A DNA stretch of 60,427 bases, taken from IMG/VR virus record IMGVR_UViG_3300046171_000156, positions 1 to 60,427 of that record; one strand, 5' to 3'. The notes below the pieces were generated by a model. That model ran no database searches. It was given only the letters and a program-made list of their open reading frames with translations, and had not been told where the DNA came from. The position numbers and the translations under genes were made by a program. Source of the stretch: a virus. Lineage: Duplodnaviria > Caudoviricetes. Numbering within the stretch: the stretch's first letter is position 1; every line of letters begins with the position of its first letter. Shown here piece after piece: positions 38,266-47,522 of this stretch.

Positions 38266-38318
38266 TTCCAATCATGCCTAAGCGGAAAACAAATTGTCAA
38301 CTTTAGTTCAGTCGACAA
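38255..38318. terminator. Two hairpins after early gene (terminator or processing site)
   Basis: TTTCCGCTTAG-N12-CTAAGCGGAAA, then TTGTCAACT-N7-AGTCGACAA. Confidence 0.45.
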
Positions 38319-38320
38319 TA

Positions 38321-38472
38321 CATCGCATCGCTCTACCGAGCGGTGCGGTTATCCTTTATTAGTATTACTGTCCCCCCGCAGAAGCAGACTGAAGTTCCAT
38401 TCCATTGTTCTTTACGCAGTCGGTTGGTCGCCTTATTAGTATTAGCGTTGCACGGCACACACCTCTGAAGAG
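38321..38472 (+). repeat. Two tandem degenerate units, 77 bp period
   Basis: CATCGCATCG/CATTCCATTG (38321/38398), TTATTAGTATTA (38356/38433), CTGAAG (38389/38465). Confidence 0.7.
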
Positions 38473-38517
38473 CAGTTGTCAAGTAAAAAGTTATTAAGAA
38501 AAAAAAGAAATAAAGTT

Positions 38518-38546
38518 CTTGAGTATAAGATAAAATGGGAGTAATG
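38518..38546 (+). promoter_or_regulatory. Early promoter P4 with ATGGGA operator half-site
   Basis: CTTGAG-tataagataaaatggga-GTAATG; A-rich UP element. Confidence 0.6.
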
Positions 38547-38574
38547 GTTTCTTATCATTAACAAAGGAGAATAT

Positions 38575-38859
38575 ATGCCGAATAATGATAATGACTTAAG
38601 AAACAGATTAGCTGTTTTAGAAAATCAATTAGGATTAAGGAATGACAATGGTATCGCTAGGAATAACAACAATACTGATATTCAAGGCGATTTGTTTGGT
38701 AATTCTGGTAATCTTAATTGGAAGGCTCTTTATAAACTATTAGAGAGCGAGGTTGAGGAATTGGCTTTCAACCCTAACGCACCTCAATTCGTTAAGGATT
38801 GGGCTAATGGTTTGATAGCTAAACTCAGAACGAAGGTGAGTCCACGCGATTTACTTTAG
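38575..38859 (+). CDS. Early hypothetical protein
   Basis: 94 aa, SD AAGGAG. Confidence 0.65.
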   Translation: MPNNDNDLRNRLAVLENQLGLRNDNGIARNNNNTDIQGDLFGNSGNLNWKALYKLLESEVEELAFNPNAPQFVKDWANGLIAKLRTKVSPRDLL

Positions 38860-38880
38860 TAATTAATTGCAATTAATTAT

Positions 38881-38909
38881 AAAAGGCAGGGTAATACCTG
38901 CCTTTTTTT
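38881..38909 (+). terminator. Rho-independent terminator ending the early region
   Basis: AAAAGGCAGG-gtaata-CCTGCCTTTTTTT. Confidence 0.85.
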
Positions 38910-39004
38910 ATGCAGCACAATCACCTGCAGCCAGGACTGGCAGCCAGTTTCTCCAGGCAGCACCAGCTTCCTGGATCCTGAGATGGTAGTTTTCCTGAGT
39001 ACCA

Positions 39005-39052
39005 AATCAACATCTAGGTACTTAGCGATATGCCTCATACAACATCTAGCCC
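39005..39052. promoter_or_regulatory. Tandem NrdR-box-like sites
   Basis: CAACATCTAG at 39008 and 39040, 32 bp apart. Confidence 0.5.
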
Positions 39053-39111
39053 CCACACCTCCACAACACCTCGACAGTTCTTTGGTTTGGCTCGGTTGCC
39101 TTTAGTCGAAG

Positions 39112-39140
39112 TTTTACACAAACACAAAGTATGATATAAC
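39112..39140 (+). promoter_or_regulatory. Putative terL promoter (extended -10), possibly leaderless
   Basis: TTTACA...TGa-TATAAC, ATG 7 nt later, no SD. Confidence 0.45.
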
Positions 39141-39146
39141 TTTTTT

Positions 39147-40592
39147 ATGATTTCTGAAAAAATTCCAACTGACTTACTAAAATACGAATTACGAAAATTA
39201 CAAATAAAAGTTGCAGAGGAGTCCCGTTCCTCCTATTTAACTTTTGTAAAAAAAGTTTGGCCTGACTTTATTGCAGGCAATCACCACAGAATATTTGCAA
39301 AGAAACTCGAAGATGTTTCACGTGGAAAAATAAAAAGATTAATTGTCAATATGCCACCAAGACATACAAAGTCTGAGTTTGCATCTAACTTGTTTCCTGC
39401 GTGGATGATGGGTAGGAATCCTAAGCTAAAAATTATACAAACTACACACACAGCAGAACTATCATATAACTTTGGTAGAAAGGTTAGAAACTTATTTGAT
39501 CAACAAGAATTTAAAGATGTTTTTCCTGAAGTAAATTTATCACAAGATTCTAAAGCAGCAGGTAGGTTCACAACCAATAAAGGTGGTGAATACTTTGCAG
39601 CAGGGGTCGGTGGTGCGATAACAGGGCGTGGTGCTGATTTGTTAATTATTGATGATCCACATTCCGAGCAAGATGCTCTCAGTCAAACAGCTATGGACAA
39701 CGCCTATGAATGGTACACGTCAGGACCTAGACAACGTTTGCAACCTGGCGGTTCTATCGTCATTGTCATGACAAGATGGTCCACAAAGGATCTTACAGGT
39801 AAATTATTAAATGCACAATCAAACGAGAACTCCGATCAGTGGGACGTGGTCGAGTTTCCAGCCATACTGAATGACAAACCGATGTGGCCTGAGTTTTGGA
39901 ACTTGCGAGAACTAGAAGGTGTCAAAGCATCCTTATCGGAGCAAAAGTGGCAAGCACAATGGCAACAAGCGCCAACGTCTGAAGAAGGTAGTATTATCAA
40001 ACGTGACTGGTGGAAAGTATGGCCGAAAGAAAATATACCTGATTTAACACACGTCATACAAAGTTATGACACAGCGTTCAGTAAAAAAGAGACAGCCGAC
40101 TTTAGTGCGATAACAACGTGGGGCGTCTTTAAGCCCGTGGAACACGGACCCTATCATATTATTTTGCTAGACATGCGGAAAGGTAGATGGGATTTTCCTG
40201 AATTAAAAGAGATAGCGCTAGATGAATATAAATACTGGGAACCCGAAACAATCTTGATAGAAGCGAAAGCATCTGGTATGCCCTTAACACAGGAGCTACG
40301 ACAATTAGGAATTCCTGTAGTTACTTATACGCCTAGTAAGGGCAATGATAAGCACGTACGTGTTAACTCCGTAGCTCCCATTTTTGAATCAGGGCAGGTG
40401 TGGTGCACGGAAGATAGGTTTGCCGAAGAAGTTATTGAAGAATGCGCCGCTTTCCCTTATGGTGAGCATGATGATTTAGTTGATTCAACAACGCAAGCGT
40501 TGCTTAGGTTTAGACAGGGTAACTTTATCCAACTGGATTCTGACTATCAGGATGAACCTTCACTTATTGAACCCGCAAGGAGCTATTACTGA
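39147..40592 (+). CDS. terL: Terminase large subunit
   Basis: MPPRHTKS Walker A, LLIIDDP Walker B, QSYDTA...HDDLVD nuclease motifs. Confidence 0.95.
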   Translation: MISEKIPTDLLKYELRKLQIKVAEESRSSYLTFVKKVWPDFIAGNHHRIFAKKLEDVSRGKIKRLIVNMPPRHTKSEFASNLFPAWMMGRNPKLKIIQTTHTAELSYNFGRKVRNLFDQQEFKDVFPEVNLSQDSKAAGRFTTNKGGEYFAAGVGGAITGRGADLLIIDDPHSEQDALSQTAMDNAYEWYTSGPRQRLQPGGSIVIVMTRWSTKDLTGKLLNAQSNENSDQWDVVEFPAILNDKPMWPEFWNLRELEGVKASLSEQKWQAQWQQAPTSEEGSIIKRDWWKVWPKENIPDLTHVIQSYDTAFSKKETADFSAITTWGVFKPVEHGPYHIILLDMRKGRWDFPELKEIALDEYKYWEPETILIEAKASGMPLTQELRQLGIPVVTYTPSKGNDKHVRVNSVAPIFESGQVWCTEDRFAEEVIEECAAFPYGEHDDLVDSTTQALLRFRQGNFIQLDSDYQDEPSLIEPARSYY

Positions 40593-43500
40593 TGATATAC
40601 GGAACAAGCCAAGCTTTGGAAGATGCTAAAGATAGAGAGTTTAAAGGATCTGTAATAGATTCAGCCATAAAAACGGCCTATCCTTATTTAGCACCTCCTA
40701 TAAAATATCTTTATGAAAAAGGAATAGCACCTTTACTTGAAACAGAGACAGCAAAAACAGCAGGTAGAACATACGATAACCTCGCACAGGGGTTTGGTAC
40801 ACTGGCTAATACACCTGGTATCTTTGGATCTAGTTTTTTAACTTTAGTATCTCCAGAGCTTGTACCAACAAAAGAAAGTGTGGAAGCAACTGAAGGACAG
40901 GGGCTTGCAGGTGGTGTAGAAAGAGGAAAGATTGCAATACAAGCAGCAGGAGAATTTATATACGGCGATGCTAGAACAGGCATGGATAAGTTAGCTAATG
41001 GTGCAGATTTCTATAATGACTTAACGTCAGCAGAACGTATAGGAATAAGAGCTTTACCTTTTGATACGATACCTATCTTTGGATCTATTAGAAAAACGTT
41101 GATGAAGAATAGCAAAAAAGTTGCAAATTATTTTCAAGGTTTAGATGATGAAATTTTAAAAAAAGATATTGAAAAAGTAAAAATAGATTTTGATAGAAGC
41201 ATGGGGGCTGCTCAAACCCCAAAAAGTGATTTAAATAAATATACCCCTATTAAAACTAATAGGGAGCAGATAGATGAGTCGATAGACAAACTATCTGGTA
41301 AAAAAAGTATTAATGAAATTAAAGATGAAGTTAATCAATCAATGGCAGATAAGGGATACTCTGATGTTGACTTAGAACCTAACATAGGATTAGCATCTGA
41401 TCTACTTGAAGAAGTATCCGTTAAAGGTCTTCCTAAAACAACTTTTGGTGATCCATCTAAATTAGAAAAAACTATTAATGGTAAAGTATATGTTAATGTT
41501 GGTGGTAGACCTGTATTAAAAGAAGATGCTATACTACAAACTAAAGTTTATACAGATACCTACAAAGGTGTAAAAGGAGACACTCAAAGACAAAGAACTT
41601 CTAAATATTATAATCTTAAAGATAGAGAAAAAAGTTTAATTAGAGAAAAACCCAGGGTTGAAGATGAAATAACAGGGGAGAATAGAGTTTTAATAGGAGG
41701 AATTCCTTATCCTTACGATCAAACTCAACTTGTAACTGGTTCTGGTGGTAGAACATATAGAGTTTTAAAACCTGAATTTAGTACTCAAATTACAAAAACA
41801 GAAAAAGTAAATGAAATAAATAATGGTTTATCTGATTTTTTAGAAAAAAACCCTGAGTACAAACAAGTTACAGAAAGTAGAATGGCTTCAAAAGGAACTT
41901 GGGATTCATTAACACCAGCATTAAATAATCATTTTAATACAGATTTTGTAACAGAAACTTGGCAAAAATATTTTAAAGACAACTTCGGATCTTCTGTAGA
42001 TAAACCAAGAATAAATTCTGCAACTAAGCAAGAAGAGTATGCTACTGTGATAGCTAATGCTTCCGATGGAAAATATACTAAATCGGATTTAATGAGAGGT
42101 CCTTCTGAATTTAAATTTATGAATTTTATCAGAACTACTTTTCCAACTTTAGGGGAAGATCCAACTAAGTTTAATAAAGCATTACCTTTTAATTTGTTAG
42201 ATAAAGAAGGTACACAGATTTATGATATGTACCAGAATTTTAAAGTCATGGATGAAAAGAGAAAAAAAGTTCAGGACTTAGTACAACCTTTTTTAAAAAA
42301 AATGTTTCCTGGTGACACTAGAAATTCTCAAATTCATTTAGCACATACTTTTGAAAAAGGGCAAATGAATCCAAACTTTTCTACGTTTGATATAGAAGAC
42401 TTTGAAGAGTTTATTGGTAAAGGAGGGGATACTGATTTTTTATATTTAGATATAGGAAAAACAAACATGTCTCAATCCACTTTAGAATCTAAAGGTCAAG
42501 CAACAGCTAAGAAACTTAGAAAAGATGATTTAACTTTAGAGGAAAGAGTAAACCTTTTACAAGATCAATTAGATGTTGATGAGGTAATGACTTCTCAAGG
42601 TATGGAGGGTAGTCTTGGAGGTCAGTTAGGACAGAGAGATACTTTAGCAAATAAATTACAATTATTAAGTGACAAATATTTACAAATAAATGGTAAAAGA
42701 CCTCCTGAACAAAAACAAATAAATAAAGCAATTGAGATATTAACTGAGGGTGTAACAGACATGAATAAAGGTGGAATAGTAAACGCGGCCGACGTTCAGT
42801 ATGCCGCTCCTGGTGGTTTCTTCTCCAGGATGTTTGGAAAGCCACCGCCGTACTTAAAAGAAGAAATAGCAAAGACGGATATTTTTACACCAACAATAAA
42901 ACAAAAAGCAACACTCGAGGCTCTCGGACCAGAAGCTACCGCTATAAATCCAGGACAAGTTTTTTATTCTAACTTAGAATTATCTTTATCGAAACCAAAC
43001 TCTCCTGTGAAGTTTGATTCTGAAAAAGAATTTTATGATTACATAAACGCTGCTGGCATAGGAAGAGACGAGGTCAGTGATGCGCGGATCGCTCCCTATA
43101 TTTCGGCAAAAGCGAAATCAGGTGAACCTATCTTATCACAAGATATTATACAAATTACAAGTGAGTCGCCTCTTAACCAATTAACAACAGAAGGTTTTGG
43201 ATTTAGATCCGATAAAATAAATATCGCTAAATCAGATATACCAGAACGATACGATGCACCTGCTATTGAAAGAGGACAACCTGTTTTCAAAGAAGCAAGA
43301 TATGCTGGAACAGGATTGATGCCTGGTTATCTTTCAGGTTCTTATAGGGAACGAGTATTGAAAATTGATTCGGATAAGTTTCGAGGAGATCCAGGAACTC
43401 TACCAAGTGGAGCATCAAATCATAACTTTGGTGATAACTACACACTTGCGTGGGGAAGGGCCACGGACCGTCCTGCTATAATCAATCCAGGCGAGACAGT

Positions 43501-44881
43501 AGACAAAGCAACAGGTACAATTGTTAATCCACTAGCAGTTACCGATACAAAAAAATTACAAGACATTGAAGCAAAGATACAAAGCTTGGTCGATGATCCG
43601 TTGACCAATGTTGATCCAAATGACTTCCAAACTATTTCACAAGCTGTCGAGGCACTTGTACAAAAATCAGGTGGACGTTTATCGTATGATAAAGCAAAGC
43701 AAGCAGTAGATGCACAAATTGTACAAAAACAAAAACAGTTAAGAAAACTACAATCGCAGTTTGTGGATGAAGAAAAAAGATTAGAGTCAATTAAAGATGT
43801 AAAACCACAAAACGTTACCATGACGTTTATTGATGAGATTCAATCGGATATTGCACAAGCGGCAACAAGAAAAGCAAGAGAACTAGCTATTAAACTAGAC
43901 GTAATGGCAGAACAAGGAATTGGTATAGAAGCGATGGAGGAAGGTATTAACAGAGACCTGATGCAATTCTTTGCAGACAACCGAAGTGTAGCACGTCCTG
44001 TAGGCGCAACTAAACTAGAGTTGATGCCTCAGTATAATGAATTAATGGCGTTTCAAAAACAATTTAGTGAGATGGCAAAAAAACCGCCATACGCTTTAGC
44101 ACCGCAAGATTTTGCGATGTACGAAAACTTTAAGAAAAGACAAACAGAGATTATTGATTCGATGGCTGATGAGATTAGTAGTCAGTTAATGAAAGCTCTA
44201 TATCCCGATGTACCACTAAAAGACAGAGGAGCGTGGAGTGATGCTGTTCTTAAACAACAGCTATACGAAGCAGCTCATCGCTTGTTTGTAGAAAAAGATC
44301 CAACAGCACCAACGTATTTGGGTGTAGCATCTGGAGATATTGTAGCAGGAAAAGCGTATAACCAAGCAGGTGATACGGCAATGAACGTTAATGAAAGATT
44401 GTTAGATAAACAAGATCGTATCTTAAATTATAAACAAGCTTTACGAGAAAATATTAATACAAACGTTTCTCTGGGTAATAGTAAATATCCTGGTGTGGGT
44501 ACTCATGAATTTTATGGTGGACCAAGATCAAGAGCATGGAACGAAGAAACAAATCAAGTAGGTGGACACTACACGTCTGATATTGAGAGAAGCATGAGAA
44601 AATATGCAGATGACAATAATTCTAAAATGGTCGTTGCTAATGTGGCAGTGGGTGAATCTAGAAGTGAAACGGTATATAATATCATCAATCAGACTACAGG
44701 TGATGTCGTAGGTCAGGGGGACACGTACCGACAAGCAGAAGCTATAGCAAACGATTTGGTAGATAATGCAGGCGGAAGATATAAGATTAAAAAAGAAAGA
44801 GATAAAAATTTTGAATCAGAACCTGTTTTCGCTATTGAATTAACTAAAGAAATGCTACAATTAAATAAGATTTATAAATAA
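40592..44881 (+). CDS. Large multi-domain protein between terL and portal (probable virion cargo)
   Basis: 1429 aa; internal MNKGGIV/YAAPGG tags; C-terminal half with FYSNLE, YRERVL, HNF...WGRATDR, FIDEIQSD. Confidence 0.6.
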   Translation: MIYGTSQALEDAKDREFKGSVIDSAIKTAYPYLAPPIKYLYEKGIAPLLETETAKTAGRTYDNLAQGFGTLANTPGIFGSSFLTLVSPELVPTKESVEATEGQGLAGGVERGKIAIQAAGEFIYGDARTGMDKLANGADFYNDLTSAERIGIRALPFDTIPIFGSIRKTLMKNSKKVANYFQGLDDEILKKDIEKVKIDFDRSMGAAQTPKSDLNKYTPIKTNREQIDESIDKLSGKKSINEIKDEVNQSMADKGYSDVDLEPNIGLASDLLEEVSVKGLPKTTFGDPSKLEKTINGKVYVNVGGRPVLKEDAILQTKVYTDTYKGVKGDTQRQRTSKYYNLKDREKSLIREKPRVEDEITGENRVLIGGIPYPYDQTQLVTGSGGRTYRVLKPEFSTQITKTEKVNEINNGLSDFLEKNPEYKQVTESRMASKGTWDSLTPALNNHFNTDFVTETWQKYFKDNFGSSVDKPRINSATKQEEYATVIANASDGKYTKSDLMRGPSEFKFMNFIRTTFPTLGEDPTKFNKALPFNLLDKEGTQIYDMYQNFKVMDEKRKKVQDLVQPFLKKMFPGDTRNSQIHLAHTFEKGQMNPNFSTFDIEDFEEFIGKGGDTDFLYLDIGKTNMSQSTLESKGQATAKKLRKDDLTLEERVNLLQDQLDVDEVMTSQGMEGSLGGQLGQRDTLANKLQLLSDKYLQINGKRPPEQKQINKAIEILTEGVTDMNKGGIVNAADVQYAAPGGFFSRMFGKPPPYLKEEIAKTDIFTPTIKQKATLEALGPEATAINPGQVFYSNLELSLSKPNSPVKFDSEKEFYDYINAAGIGRDEVSDARIAPYISAKAKSGEPILSQDIIQITSESPLNQLTTEGFGFRSDKINIAKSDIPERYDAPAIERGQPVFKEARYAGTGLMPGYLSGSYRERVLKIDSDKFRGDPGTLPSGASNHNFGDNYTLAWGRATDRPAIINPGETVDKATGTIVNPLAVTDTKKLQDIEAKIQSLVDDPLTNVDPNDFQTISQAVEALVQKSGGRLSYDKAKQAVDAQIVQKQKQLRKLQSQFVDEEKRLESIKDVKPQNVTMTFIDEIQSDIAQAATRKARELAIKLDVMAEQGIGIEAMEEGINRDLMQFFADNRSVARPVGATKLELMPQYNELMAFQKQFSEMAKKPPYALAPQDFAMYENFKKRQTEIIDSMADEISSQLMKALYPDVPLKDRGAWSDAVLKQQLYEAAHRLFVEKDPTAPTYLGVASGDIVAGKAYNQAGDTAMNVNERLLDKQDRILNYKQALRENINTNVSLGNSKYPGVGTHEFYGGPRSRAWNEETNQVGGHYTSDIERSMRKYADDNNSKMVVANVAVGESRSETVYNIINQTTGDVVGQGDTYRQAEAIANDLVDNAGGRYKIKKERDKNFESEPVFAIELTKEMLQLNKIYK

Positions 44882-44889
44882 GGAAAGAA

Positions 44890-47295
44890 ATGGCTATCGA
44901 AAAAGATTCTGTATATAGAGATCAAGAAAAAATTGCTGAAGCTTCAGCAGAAAATATGGGTTTAATTGACATTGACGTAGCAGATAATACGTTTAGCGAT
45001 GTCACAATGTTAGAAGATGGTTCCGCTGTTATTGGAGAACAGGAACTAGAACAAGAGATTTCATTTGATTCTAACCTTGCAGAGTTCATGGATGACAGTG
45101 ACTTAGGTGTTGTCTCGAACGATGTTATGGAAGGATTTGAAGAAGATAAAGCTTCAAGAAAAGAATGGGAAGAAACATATAAAAAAGGATTAGGTTTACT
45201 TGGATTTCAATACAAAGAAAGATCTGAACCATTTATGGGTGCAAGTAATGTTAGTCACCCTGTATTAGCAGAAGCAGTTACACAGTTTCAAGCACAAGCG
45301 TATAGAGAATTACTTCCTGCAGGTGGCCCTGTAAGAACACAAATACTGGGTAAAGAAGATGTTTTAAAACAACAACAAGCAGAACGTGTGTCTGAGTTTA
45401 TGAATTATCAGCTTATGCATGTTATGGAAGAGTATGATCCTGAATTAGATCAGATGTTATTTCATCTACCTTTAGCAGGCTCATCATTTAAAAAAGTTTA
45501 TTTTGATACAACTATTGGAAGAGCTGTTTCTAAGTTTGTTCCTGCTGATGATCTATTAGTTCCTTACACAGCTACTGACTTACAGTCTGCTGAAAGAGTT
45601 ACGCATGTTCTAAAAAGAAACAAAAATGAAATTAGAAAATTACAAGTGCAAGGTTTCTACAGAGATATAGATATTGAACCTTTTACTGAAGAAGACTCTG
45701 TTCTAACAAAAGAGAGAGAAATACAAGGTGTTAAAAAAACTGGATATAATACTAACGAATTTACTTTACTAGAAATTCATGCTGATTTGGATTTACCAGG
45801 TTTTGAAAGTGAAGATGGAATTAAGCAACCTTACATTATTACAATAGATGAAGGTTCGGGAAAAGTTTTAGCCATTTACAGAAATTACAAAGAAAACGAT
45901 CCATTAATGAAAAAGGAACAATATTTTGTTCACTTTAAATTTTTACCAGGATTAGGATTCTACGGCTTTGGTTTAATACATATGCTTGGTGGATTAACAA
46001 GAACAGCAACTGCTGCTCTTCGTCAACTTATTGATGCAGGTACTTTATCAAACTTACCAGCAGGATTTAAAGCAAGAGGTCTTCGAGTAAAAGACGATGA
46101 CACACCTTTACAACCAGGAGAGTTTAGAGATGTAGATGCACCTGGCGGAAACCTACGTGAAGGTTTAATTCCTTTACCTTATAAAGAACCAAGTGCAACG
46201 TTATTTCAATTACTAGGATTTGCTGTAGCTGCCGCAACTAAATTTGCAACAGTAGCCGATCAGCCAACAGGTGAGAACATGGGTGGTAACAATCCTGTGG
46301 GAACAACCATGGCGTTAATGGAACGTGGTACGAAAGTCATGAGTGCTATTCATAAAAGAATGCACTACGCACAAAAAATAGAATTTAATTTATTAGCTAA
46401 AATATTTGCTGAGTCATTACCTCCGATGTATCCGTACGAAGTAGAGGGCAGTCAACCGCAAGTTAAGCAACAAGACTTTGATGGTAGAATAGATATACTA
46501 CCTGTAAGTGATCCTAATATTTTTTCTGTATCGCAGAGAATTACATTAGCACAATCACAACTACAGTTAGCTCAAAGCAATCCTAAAGCACACAACTTAT
46601 ATGAAGCATACAGACGTATGTACATGTCACTTGGTGTAACAGATATTGCTGCAATTTTACCACCTCCTCCTCAACCAGCACCAACTGATCCAGGAACCGA
46701 GAACGCACAGTCATTAAAATCGCAACAGCTAAAAGCTTTCCCTCAACAAAATCATGATGCACATATCAATGCACACCGTGCCTTTATGTCATCATTCTTG
46801 GTAAAAAATAATCCTATTGTTATGAGTATATTGCAATCACATATTTCTGATCATGTAGCTTTACAAGCAAGAGAAGTTGTATCAGCAGAGTTTGCAGAAC
46901 CAATGCAACAATTACAACAAGCAATACAAATGGTTCAGTCAGATGAAGAACAGCAAATGATACAACAACAAATACAACAGATGCAGTTAGAAATAGAATC
47001 AGCTATTGCTGAGAAGATTAATGAAATGACTACGCAGATGATTACAGAAGAACAAGAGATGTTTGACACTGAAGGTAGCGACCCATTAATCAGATTAAAA
47101 GAACAAGAACTGCAATTAAAAGCAATGGATCTACAACGAAAAGATGAAGAGACAGATCTACGTTTAGCGGTAGAACGTGAGCGAATTGCGTCACAAAGTA
47201 AAATAGCGCAAGATAGAATGGATTCTCAAGAAGATATTGCACAATTACGTGCAAATGTTAATCTATCTAAAGCAAAGAAGGTAAAAGATGGTTAA
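44890..47295 (+). CDS. Portal protein
   Basis: SRKEWEE...HPVLAEAVTQFQAQAYRELLP...LPLAGSSFKKVY, Q-rich C-terminal barrel. Confidence 0.85.
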   Translation: MAIEKDSVYRDQEKIAEASAENMGLIDIDVADNTFSDVTMLEDGSAVIGEQELEQEISFDSNLAEFMDDSDLGVVSNDVMEGFEEDKASRKEWEETYKKGLGLLGFQYKERSEPFMGASNVSHPVLAEAVTQFQAQAYRELLPAGGPVRTQILGKEDVLKQQQAERVSEFMNYQLMHVMEEYDPELDQMLFHLPLAGSSFKKVYFDTTIGRAVSKFVPADDLLVPYTATDLQSAERVTHVLKRNKNEIRKLQVQGFYRDIDIEPFTEEDSVLTKEREIQGVKKTGYNTNEFTLLEIHADLDLPGFESEDGIKQPYIITIDEGSGKVLAIYRNYKENDPLMKKEQYFVHFKFLPGLGFYGFGLIHMLGGLTRTATAALRQLIDAGTLSNLPAGFKARGLRVKDDDTPLQPGEFRDVDAPGGNLREGLIPLPYKEPSATLFQLLGFAVAAATKFATVADQPTGENMGGNNPVGTTMALMERGTKVMSAIHKRMHYAQKIEFNLLAKIFAESLPPMYPYEVEGSQPQVKQQDFDGRIDILPVSDPNIFSVSQRITLAQSQLQLAQSNPKAHNLYEAYRRMYMSLGVTDIAAILPPPPQPAPTDPGTENAQSLKSQQLKAFPQQNHDAHINAHRAFMSSFLVKNNPIVMSILQSHISDHVALQAREVVSAEFAEPMQQLQQAIQMVQSDEEQQMIQQQIQQMQLEIESAIAEKINEMTTQMITEEQEMFDTEGSDPLIRLKEQELQLKAMDLQRKDEETDLRLAVERERIASQSKIAQDRMDSQEDIAQLRANVNLSKAKKVKDG

Positions 47296-47521
47296 TCCAA
47301 AAACACCAGCAGAAACAAGGTTATCAGAGTTCTTTTCAATGTTATTAGAACTACAAAATTCTTCTTCCAAAAGCAGTGAAGATAGTGTACTTTTAGCAGG
47401 TGCTATGGTGGGCGTAGCGCAAATGATTCTGTACGATCATTTAGTTCCTCTGGAAGCAGATAACATAATGAATCACAATACAGCTGATTTTATAACTTTA
47501 ATTAAACCAACGATACACTGA
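47288..47521 (+). CDS. Hypothetical protein
   Basis: 77 aa, overlaps portal stop. Confidence 0.55.
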   Translation: MVNPKTPAETRLSEFFSMLLELQNSSSKSSEDSVLLAGAMVGVAQMILYDHLVPLEADNIMNHNTADFITLIKPTIH

Positions 47522-47522
47522 T

